The notes below the pieces were generated by a model. The model was not told the origin of the DNA. It did not search any database and was given only the letters and a program-made list of their open reading frames with translations. From the NCBI GenBank assembly GCA_009859145.1, contig VRVR01000034.1, forward strand, positions 69,425 through 114,275: a DNA stretch of 44,851 nt, given 5' to 3'. The stretch comes from Andalucia godoyi And28 (lineage: Eukaryota; Protista; Jakobida). Below, piece after piece: positions 1 through 8,935 of this stretch; position 1 is the stretch's first letter; every line of letters begins with the position of its first letter. Both the position numbers and the translations under genes were made by a program.

Positions 1-2
1 AG

Positions 3-22
3 GAGAGAGAGAGAGAGAGAGA
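3..22. repeat. (GA)n microsatellite at window start
   Basis: Direct GA dinucleotide run; the window also ends in a GA array, suggesting contig breaks at these repeats. Confidence 0.95.
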
Positions 23-36
23 GGAAAAAAGGAGTG

Positions 37-1404
37 ATGGCGATTTCTGCTTTTCTTTACTTGTTTCAGCCTTCGTTGCAGCAGCACATTTCTTCATGGT
101 ATTCGAAGCTTCCGACTTCTGAGCAGTCTCGGATTGACTCTTTGTTTTCGTCGATTGCGCGTCCGATCCCGGCTACTGTGTCGCGATCGCTGGCCTCTGC
201 AACGACCTCGACAGCCTCGACGGCAGATGCAGCGCTAAGCGCGTTTGCTCGCGACCATCCATCGGAATTCTCGATTGCAAGGCTCTATGCTGGACGGTCG
301 TTTGCACTGCCTGCGCTGTACTATGCAGGAATCTTTCTGCGCGACTTCCCGGCGCTGAAACAGGAGTTTACGTCTGTGTTTTCGTCGCTAGAGACGCACC
401 TGTCCAACGCTACAATCCCAAAGTCGCTCTACAAGGAGTCGTTTGCAATGTCAATCACGGACAACTCTGCAGAAGCACAGAAGCATCGCAGAAAGGCTTT
501 TGACAAGCAGCCGCAACCTGCCCAGTCTTTGCAGCAAACCAACACCAATGCATTGTCGCAAAAGTCGGCGAGCAGTGGCACCAATGAGAACAGTCTCAGC
601 AATAGTGGTCATGACAACAGTAGCGGCAATCACGACCATAACGGGAGCAGCGGTAGCAGTTTTAAGAGCAAGAACGGCAGGAACCAGGAAGACCGAAAGA
701 GCGAAGAATCGCTTGGCATGCGGTCCACGAATGCATCTGCGTATGCATGGCATGAGGGAACTGCAAGGGCAATCGAGGCGAACTTTGATGCAAGAAGAGC
801 ACAGACACAGAACCGGAGAACGAAGCAGCCCGGTCCCGTAGCCAATGGTGGCGTCGTTCTAGCCGGAGTATCCTCCTCGACGCGATCATTTTTCGGAAAG
901 CCACCGCGCAATGCCGGTGCCACCCACGACAATTCCTACGCACAAGATGCGTTCATGTCGGCTGCAACGGGTCGTGTTCTGAACAACACGCAGCTGCCGC
1001 GCACTGGGGCCACCGGCAAGCTGCCGCACAAGGGATCAGCGGATCAAGCCAAGGAAATGAGTATTCCTGTAGAAGTAAGCTGCAGTTCGTCTGCCAAGCT
1101 TACGTACCGCGATCCAAAGGGAGGCATTGAAAGACCGGAAATGCTGAAAAAGTGGGTTGCAGAGGCAGAGGCGAACCCGGCACTGCTGACTGGAGGCCGG
1201 GCCGTGATTGGAGGAGGCAACGAAGGGCCGCTGTCGACTGCGAGAGCGACAATGGGACCGCCACCGCTGTCATTCCCAGCAAAAGGTAAGCCATTCAAGC
1301 CGATCCGAAACTCTCAGCCGTATGCAACACAAGACACCGGGTTCATCGACGGCTGCGCCTCCATCAACCAGCTCGACTTTGTCCCGCAGAAGACCTCCTT
1401 TTGA
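37..1404 (+). CDS. Hypothetical protein (~455 aa): helical N-terminal ~150 aa, then S/N/G-rich low-complexity region
   Basis: Long open frame; first ATG at 37 (track start 34 is GTG). No family recognised. An upstream exon beyond the window cannot be excluded. Confidence 0.75.
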   Translation: MAISAFLYLFQPSLQQHISSWYSKLPTSEQSRIDSLFSSIARPIPATVSRSLASATTSTASTADAALSAFARDHPSEFSIARLYAGRSFALPALYYAGIFLRDFPALKQEFTSVFSSLETHLSNATIPKSLYKESFAMSITDNSAEAQKHRRKAFDKQPQPAQSLQQTNTNALSQKSASSGTNENSLSNSGHDNSSGNHDHNGSSGSSFKSKNGRNQEDRKSEESLGMRSTNASAYAWHEGTARAIEANFDARRAQTQNRRTKQPGPVANGGVVLAGVSSSTRSFFGKPPRNAGATHDNSYAQDAFMSAATGRVLNNTQLPRTGATGKLPHKGSADQAKEMSIPVEVSCSSSAKLTYRDPKGGIERPEMLKKWVAEAEANPALLTGGRAVIGGGNEGPLSTARATMGPPPLSFPAKGKPFKPIRNSQPYATQDTGFIDGCASINQLDFVPQKTSF

Positions 1405-1961
1405 TCACCGTGCCCATCGTCTGCATGATGCAAATGTCTGCGACTTGGCTGTGTGCCCTTTGTTGTTTTCCCCCTTCCCCTTCCCCTTCCCCAGCCCTCC
1501 CCAACCTTGTTGTCTCTATAGTCTTTCCATAGTTATTAAAGTAAAAAAAGAAATAACAATAAAAAACAAAAAACGAATACAATTGATAAAACCAAGGAAA
1601 GAGGTGCGTCCTTATTCCTGAAAATTATGCGCATCCTTTTGGATTTCTGTCCGCTCGCTGAAACATGAAAATTCATTATAGATCATTATCGGCAAAGCTG
1701 TCATCGAAGACACATCCAATTTGGGGCGAGCACCAACTCTTCAATGCAGATTGCTCTGCATCAAGGGATCATCGCTGCTTCTTGCTCTCCGCCTCCGACG
1801 AGAGGGGATCAACGGATCTCTTGGTTCTCGGCATCTTCGGGCATGGCCAGTTTGAGTTTGTCGGGGAGTTCCTTCTATGGAATCATGCGATGTTTTGTCT
1901 GTTTGAGGGTTCGATAGCAAAACACGACAAACAGAAAATCGTAGAAAGAAGAAAGAAAAGA

Positions 1962-3440
1962 ATGACGATTGAAGAGATTCTGGACTTGACTACGGTAGGA
2001 AAATCGTATTGCCGGATGCTCAACGATGGTGATACACAGCTGTCAGCCGTTTCCCCTTTTTGCTTTTCTTTTCTTGTTGTTCTATTTCTGCTTATAATTA
2101 CTACGACTAGGACTACGAGTATTTGAGTTGGTATTTTCGTGACTTGCGAAAAGGATGGAATGGTGAATCTCCGCTGTGTGTTTGGGAGCCATGAATCGAT
2201 TGTGAGGATTGCGAATCTTCCTGAAAAGGAATATCTGGCTCATCATTTGCGCGGACCGATACTCCGAGCATTTCCGTACTTGAAAAAGCGGTACTTTCAC
2301 ATCAAAGTGCATCCGAAGCCAATTGCTGCTGCATCGAGGAAGCCGCCTACTGCATATGATGCCGATGACAACATGGCTCATTTTGTTGCGGAAATGAAGC
2401 GAAACACGATTCACCACGTCGAAATTGTCCTCGATCGAAACGAAGACATGTACGTTTTGCGCACGACGGGTGTCATTATCAGATGCCTTATGGTAGCGGT
2501 TATGTCGCTTGCAGGCCTTGCGATCGCCGCCATTTCATATGCAATTCCGCTGTTTATTGCGTATTTGGTGCTTTTGGGCTACTTGGCTCTGTGGATGTAC
2601 GTGAAGCAATATGCAGAATCGCGGCGACAGGTCATTGTTCTTGCTGTGACGCTGGTTGCCATTTGGTTCGTTGTTCTCGCCCTGCTGATTGTGTTCGCGC
2701 GGGAAAACGTGTCTGATGCTTGGGACATTCTGATTGTGTGCTGGACTGTCGTCATCGAAGTGCTGTGTCTTGAGTTCGTCGTTCATCTCTCTTTTGTCAT
2801 CCGGTCATATTTTGTATTCCTTCGCGAAATGGACAAGCAGGTTAAAGAGGACATGGAAGCGCTTCAGATGCCGGTCACGAAATGGGATCCGCACTCTGTG
2901 GAGGACGATAAGGAAGACGAATCGGAGAAAGTGAACCGCATCAAGAAGAAGGATAGGATGCGCGCAACAGACGTCTCGCACTTGGCTCCGTCTCGACCCG
3001 AGGAACTGTCCGACGATGAGCAAGACTGGAGAGACGAAGGCGAAGACGGAAGTGACAGCGGAGCTGGGGCTGGGATGGGGCGGCGTCATGGTTCTTTCAA
3101 CGGCGGCGCAAGGGGAAAACCGTCGAAGAGTCGAAGACGAGAATCTGGCCAGTCCAACTATGAAGTGGATGATCCGCCTGAGTTTCTTGACGAAGCACTC
3201 GCAAGCAATGATGCCGATGATTTTGCAGACGAAGAGGGTTTTGGACATGAGGATGAATATGTGTCTGCACGCCCGTCGAACCGCACGGGACAGCAATCTC
3301 TTTATGACACTGACGATGTGGTCGAAGAGCCAGTTGGTGGTGGTGCTGACAATGAGTATGGGGGACAAGAGGAAGAGGAAGATGAAGATGAAGCAGACAT
3401 GTACGGCGACAATGACCGGGAGCTGCTGTTGTCGCACTGA
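1962..3440 (+). CDS. Putative 4-TM membrane protein (~439 aa) with small soluble N-terminal domain and long acidic C-terminal tail; exons 1962-1994 and 2154-3440
   Basis: A-rich leader then ATG at 1962; donor GTAGGA at 1995; branch-like GTGAC then AAG acceptor at 2153 gives an in-frame join (MTIEEILDLTT|DGMVNLRCVF). Four hydrophobic segments, then a D/E-rich tail. An alternative start is ATG 2160 with no intron. Confidence 0.7.
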
Positions 3441-3723
3441 CCAAATCGCTCGCAGCCTATCTGCCGCAGACGCTGGTGTCTAGGTGCGTAACATTCACGC
3501 AAAAAACAACACTCGCCACGAAGGAGTTATTGAACAGTTCTCGGGAAGGAGGAGGAAACGACAACGTCCTCCTATTTAACACACCGAAATCATAATAAAA
3601 ATAAACACACGACTACTTCTTGACCTTTTGGAGAAATGAGATAGATCTGTGGATTGAAGTCTCAAGAAGGCGACGACGAAAAAGGGACAGAGCGGACGAC
3701 GATGATGCGTGCTGGATGATACG

Positions 3724-4521
3724 TTAAAAATCATCCGTCATGTCCATCGCAACAGGATCGCCATCGCAATTTGCGAAAGAATCGTTCTCGAACACGAATT
3801 CCGGTTTGCTGTTGCTCTCCAGCAACTCGTCCGCAGACGGCATTTCAATGATGGCGGGGGAAACGCTGCAGTCGACGGCAACCCATCCCGGCAGTTCTTC
3901 AATGATGCAACGAGATTCGGCGTTGTTCATCATCCCATCTGTGCTTGCAGAGCCAATGGAGCTGAAGGAGCTGTTCCTGGATAGTCCGGATGTCGTTGAT
4001 GAGGCAGGATATCCAGATTTTTCATTCTCGGCTGCATTGTCAGCTTCATCCTCCTCCACGACACCGTTGTTGGATGACACTGCAGCCACCGAGCGGTCTT
4101 GGCCGAGATCTTCAATAATGACCCTTTTATCGAACGACTGGACATACGCCTCCGCGACTCGGACATTTCCATTGGTTGACGTCTTAAACGTCAGTTTCTG
4201 ATGTCCATCTGGCTGTGTCTCTGCCATCACGGATTGGGAAATGGACGATGCATTCGACTCGTCTCCAACCCGGAACGTCCTTACCGTTCGTGAAAAGAAG
4301 ACTCCAGTACCCGCAGCCGCAGCCGCCCCCCCAGGAGCGGACGATGACGATGATCCAGCATGAAAACTTAGACGCGGATCAGCATTCGCAGACCCAGAGT
4401 GTCCGGAATTCGAAACAGAGGCAGACGAAGGAACAATGCTCGAGCTGCTGGAAAAAAAGCCAGAAGAAGCACTCAAAGCAGACGCATACCGTTGAAACGT
4501 ATCCTGCTCACGCCCGGTCAT
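3724..4521 (-). CDS. Hypothetical Ser-rich protein (~265 aa) with repeated IIE(D/E)L-type motifs; weakly MLF-like
   Basis: Open frame with first ATG at 4521 (MTGREQ...); central beta-rich segment (FFSRTVRTFRVGD...); motifs VIIEDL, CIIEEL, AIIEMP. Confidence 0.7.
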   Translation of the reverse strand: MTGREQDTFQRYASALSASSGFFSSSSSIVPSSASVSNSGHSGSANADPRLSFHAGSSSSSAPGGAAAAAGTGVFFSRTVRTFRVGDESNASSISQSVMAETQPDGHQKLTFKTSTNGNVRVAEAYVQSFDKRVIIEDLGQDRSVAAVSSNNGVVEEDEADNAAENEKSGYPASSTTSGLSRNSSFSSIGSASTDGMMNNAESRCIIEELPGWVAVDCSVSPAIIEMPSADELLESNSKPEFVFENDSFANCDGDPVAMDMTDDF

Positions 4522-4945
4522 CGAGAAACTCACAACCCAGCAACAACAACAACAAGAATTATAATTATAATTATAACTACTACTATAATAATGATTACAG
4601 TGAAAAACTCGTCGTCGTCTTTTGTCCGTAAAAGGCTTCGAAGGTCCCGTTCTTGAGTTTGCTACAAAAACCTACAAAACCATAATGTGAACACGCACAC
4701 GCACACGCACACGCACAAACTCTCCCTCCCTCCCTCTCTATGACTTTTTTCCTTGACAGAAAATCCCTAAGCGTGATTCTTGCAAACTCTGAAGCAATCT
4801 TGTTTAGAAGAACGACAAGAGCAGAAGAGACACACACCAACACGGAAGCACTTAAAAGTAACGAACGAAGCAGCCTTTTCCCTGTGAAATATGTATGAAT
4901 GAAAGGAAGAGGAATTCTCCGCAAAAGGGAATGACCGCTGTCGGA

Positions 4946-4960
4946 TGACGTCATTTCCGG
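4946..4960. promoter_or_regulatory. CRE palindrome abutting an ETS-like core (TGACGTCATTTCCGG) in a divergent promoter
   Basis: Perfect TGACGTCA at 4946-4953 and TTCCGG at 4955-4960, between head-to-head genes; GC-box-like CCGCCCC near 4993. Function is inferred only. Confidence 0.3.
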
Positions 4961-5042
4961 CTCGGAATTGACCTCAAACCAGTACTTGAGTCCGCCCCTG
5001 TGTTGAGCTGACTGAAAACGAAAGGAAACGTACACCAACAAA

Positions 5043-5061
5043 AGAGAGAGAGAGAGAGAGA

Positions 5062-5099
<38 letters not shown>
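5043..5099. repeat. Compound (GA)n(GT)n(GA)n microsatellite
   Basis: Seen directly upstream of PEX10. Confidence 0.95.
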
Positions 5100-5101
<2 letters not shown>

Positions 5102-5163
5102 GAATGAGAGAGAATAAGAGAGGAAGGGAAAAGGAGTGATAAGGAGGCTACAAGGGAGAAGTA

Positions 5164-5741
5164 ATGAGTGTTGTGCTTGAGAGGCTGCTTTCGATTGTGA
5201 ATGGGCCGCCGTTAGCACGCGGTGTGGCAACAGACGCAGTGCACTTGTCCTGGCTTCACGCGAGGATATGCGAGCTTATTCCGGAGCGGCATCGAAGTCG
5301 CGTATCGGCGTCTGTATGGTGCAAGAGCATCGTGTACGTTTCGTATTTCATAGCGCAGAAGTGGCACATGGGGTTTCCGTCGATTGGCGAGGCATACGCG
5401 GGAATCATTGCGGTTCCGCAGGCACCGCTTAGGAAAATCGCAGCGGTGCTAATCGACGCGTTTGCAGGACAGTCGCGCGAGCTCTCCCGAATCGCGCTCT
5501 TTTTGTTCTTGCTCAACCGCGATTTCGTGTCGGTTGGGAAGCGCCTGTTTGCCATCAAGTATCTCCCGACGAGCGTGCCGAAGCTTACAGGCGCGCCACG
5601 CAGCCAGTGGTATTTCCCGCTGTCGGTCGTTGTGCTCGCTGTCATTCTCGCCCGTCTCAACACGCACTTTAAGAGGGCTCTCGCTGCAGGGCCGGCAGAG
5701 AATGCCAGCAGGAGCGCAGCGACTGCAGATCCACACCATCT

Positions 5742-5775
<34 letters not shown>

Positions 5776-5955
5776 GAGGAAGACACAGTGTGTGGGCTGT
5801 GTCTTGGTCAGCGATCCAAGCCTTCCATGGCTCCTTGTGGGCACGTTTTTTGCTGGGATTGTCTCGTTCGTGCCGCTATTGCCACCCCAAACTGCCCTCT
5901 CTGCCGCTCCTCGTGTGCACCCAATCAGATTGTCCCACTTTGCAACTGGTCGTAA
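5164..5955 (+). CDS. PEX10: Peroxin-10, RING-type peroxisomal E3 ligase subunit (263 aa), with a Q10 tract before the RING
   Basis: C-terminal RING CGLCLGQRSKPSMAPCGHVFCWDCL...CPLCR matches the Pex10 pattern (CxLCL...PxxxPCGHxFCWxC...CPLCR); upstream GEAYAGII resembles the Pex2/10/12 GEEY motif; (CAG)10 at 5743-5772. Confidence 0.8.
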
Positions 5956-6135
5956 TGGAGCGCACTACGCCACGCTGTTTTTTTGGCCTGTTTTTCAAAA
6001 AGCACGTGACTTCGATGGTCCGTGGTTTTCACCGTTTTTTGTGTTTCTTCTTTCTCATCGGTATGGTTCTGCTGCTTCCTACCCCCCACTCTCTTGTGTA
6101 CACAGGCATGCATTGCATTCCGCGGACAGTGAATC

Positions 6136-7341
6136 ATGATTACAAATCTCGTATGTCTCCTCCACATAAATTTGGGGCCAAATGAAGTTTCAGCCTTTAA
6201 CCCACCCCCCTTTTCTTCTTCCTCTGTTTTCCTGTTGCATTTCCCCCCTTAAGCGTTTCCATTTTACATTCTATTTCTTCTTTCTGAGCGGAATACTGCT
6301 GTTAGGTGTCTCGAAAAGTTGCCTCTGCGCAAGGTGTGATCTCCTCTATTTCCGCGTCGTCAGCTGGAAAACATGAGCATGTCCCTCCGGTATGTACTCC
6401 CACACGTGTGCTGGTTTTCATTATGATGCTCCCAAGCCCTCCTCCCCGCAATTTGACCGTATTTTAAGTGTTAATGATGTATTTTCATTTTCATTACAAA
6501 CGAAAGAAATTATCGGACTTTTTGAATGCTGCTGATGATGGACAGCCAATATCTCGATCGTACTGTCGACAAACGAACAGTCCAGTGAACGGAGGGTCAC
6601 ATGGCGAGGATCTACGCGTGCTTGGATCGCTGTCTAGTGGTGTGCAGCTGAATCAAGAGGGCTGGTCGAAGCTTCAAGATTTACAAAGCAGTGTTCTTCA
6701 CAAGGGTCCGCGTGCCGAAGAAGACCAAGAGATGTGGCGATTGGTTCCAAAGACTTGGACTGCTCCGTATCCTCCACGCTGCTCTTCATTGCCGTACTCA
6801 ATCGAGAGCTCAGTTCTCAGTTCCCTGTCTATCGCTCCGTCGACACTATTTGTGTTTTCGAAACGGCCCAAACAGGGATTGTTCGCACGTGCACCAAAAA
6901 AATCGGAGACCCGTTTCGCATTTACGTTTCGTTTTGCATCATTGATCGAGGTGCCGAGAATTCTTTTGCGGTTCCGAATTGTGGACAGCGAGCACAGACC
7001 GCTATTGGAGTGGAACCAGCATGTATGTGCATTAATTTAATTTATTTTATTTTTTCCCCCTTTGGCCTTTCTTTCTTTTATGCCATGTTTTTTTTTTGTT
7101 TGGGGGGAGGGAAGAGAAGAAAAAAGTGACAGATCCTAATCTTCTTGGGCGTCGTTTCTAGATTGACAACGTGCTTCCGCGTCAACGAATCGAGATTTCG
7201 GAGCCGCTTCGATTTGACCCGCATAAGCAAACCCCGGGAGTCTACTTTGTAATGAGCTCCGTGTATTTAGTGTTTCCGGAATCCAAAGAAGAACCGATTC
7301 TTGCAAGAAACAATCCGCCGTCCAGAATTGTGATTCATTGA
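6136..7341 (+). CDS. Four-exon hypothetical protein (~264 aa); exons 6136-6150, 6306-6389, 6507-7022, 7162-7341
   Basis: Three GTATGT donors (6151, 6390, 7023) and acceptors TAG 6305, AAG 6506, TAG 7161 (branch CCTAAT near 7135) all join in phase 0 into one frame ending at TGA 7339-7341. The C-terminal half looks beta-strand rich. Confidence 0.7.
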
Positions 7342-7373
7342 ACCACGAACGGGCATAGCGAGAAGTCGCATGG

Positions 7374-8624
7374 TTATTTCTGCGTCACCGCCGACATGAA
7401 TGCATCAATGACTTGTTGAGCTGCTTCGCGTGGAGTCATTGTTTCTGCTTCGACGCTGTTGGACACGCTTTTCATGCGTGCCATTACGTCGTTATTCTGC
7501 AACAACATGGTCATCAGCTCCTCGCGAATCTGTTTCTTGAGCCACATTTGGCGAATCCGTAGCCGTTTTCGCTGCAATTCGCCGGTCTCTGTCATGATGT
7601 CCTTAAACTTGGCCATTGTCTCCCAGACAGCGGATACTGTCGCAGGCTGAAACGCCGAGCACTTTAGCACAGGTGGCTTCCACGACACCGACTGCGGCCT
7701 CAGTAGGCTCAGCGCGCTCTCAAAGTCTGCCTTGGTGTGATCGGCGCGACTGGCATTTTCGCCGTCGGCCTTATTAACAACGATCATGTCTGCAACCTCG
7801 ACGATTCCCTTTTTGATGCCCTGAAGCTCGTCTCCACCTCCAGGATACACGACAAGCGCTACCATGTCCGCCAGCTCGGCAACAACCGTTTCACTTTGTC
7901 CAACTCCGACCGTTTCCACAAAGACGACTTCGAACCCGGCAGCTTCGCACAGCAGCATTGCATCGTATGTGCTGGCTGTCACTCCTCCGAGAACGCCCCG
8001 CGTGGGAGAAGGCCGCACGTACGCCAGCGGATGTCTGGACAGCTCTGTCATTCGCGTCTTGTCCCCGAGAATCGATCCACCGGTAACCGTAGACGACGGA
8101 TCGATCGCCAAGACTGCAACCTTTACACCGCTGTTGCATAAATGAATGCCAAGCGATTCAATGAGCGTAGACTTTCCGGCACCGGGAGGGCCAGAAATTC
8201 CAATTCGGAACGCCGATGTATGGGATCGACGTCTTCTCTGCACCAGAATTCGCGACACTGCATCTTGGACGCATACATGATGATCGGTTTTTGTTGACTC
8301 CACTAGCGTACAATCACAGCAAAAAGGCACACATCAAAATATATGAAAGAAGAAGAAAACGGTCAGCGAACAATGAGCATAAGCACGCCATTTTGTGTGT
8401 TTCTTTTTTTCATTTCATGGATGATAGCATTGTAAAAATAAATGAGCACATAGAAGAGAATCAGAATGCAAGCACACACACATACACAGAGTAATTCCAC
8501 GAGACAGTGCAATTCGGTCAGCACTAATGATGCGGTCGGCAAGTTCACGGCCCGTAAGCGAGTAGTTTCTTACGAGAGCAGTGGTTCTTGGCACGCAGGA
8601 TGCACGCAATACTCCAACGAACAT
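7374..8624 (-). CDS. MMAA: Methylmalonic aciduria type A / MeaB GTPase, mitochondrial (~355 aa); exons 8624-8486 and 8302-7374
   Basis: GPPGAGKST P-loop, DPSS..GGSILGDKTRM, ETVGVGQSE, NKAD. Intron 8303-8485 (GTATGT...CTAG) restores RGITLLEST (family motif RAITLVES). Arg-rich, acid-poor N-terminal targeting-like peptide. Confidence 0.93.
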
Positions 8625-8935
8625 TGTCCTGCTGAACAGTTTCTGAAAAGGCATTTAAATCGCCAAAACCACCAAAACCACCAAAACCACCGGGTCCGAA
8701 ACGCCACAAAATGCAGCGCAAAGAAGACGATGACACGCAGCAGCATCACTTGAATCCTCACTTCCACCTGGAAAAGGGGGGAGCTTTCCCCAATGTCAAG
8801 TTTTCCCGCCTTCATTTGCACCTCGATTTTTTCTTCTTCTCTGCTCTAATGCGCTTTCCGGTTTTTCTGCTGCTTCTTTTCTCACTCAGCGCGATCTCGT
8901 GATTAATAGTAGGTTCGGAGACATCTGAATGTGCA

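Noticed and set aside
1690-1700. Minus-strand AGCTTTGC resembling the U4 snRNA 5' end
   Set aside because: Only 8 nt match; no kink-turn stem or other U4 features follow.
1678-1880. Minus-strand coding-like peptides (KELPDKLKLAMPEDAENQEIR; MPRTKRS...KKQR-TGA-SLDAEQ...) as a small exon or selenoprotein
   Set aside because: No usable upstream donor or start, multiple stops in each frame, and no SECIS-like stem found downstream.
1665-2126. 153-aa plus-strand ORF as a separate gene
   Set aside because: Its 3' part is exon 1 plus intron of the 1962 gene; the 5' part has no recognisable features and reads like an antisense shadow frame.
4595-5230. 211-aa minus-strand ORF
   Set aside because: It runs through microsatellites and the divergent promoter; I found no in-frame splice to the 3724-4521 gene.
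8663-8689. (CCAAAACCA)x3 as a CRISPR-like or telomeric repeat
   Set aside because: A simple 9-bp tandem repeat with no spacers; not a telomere unit I recognise.
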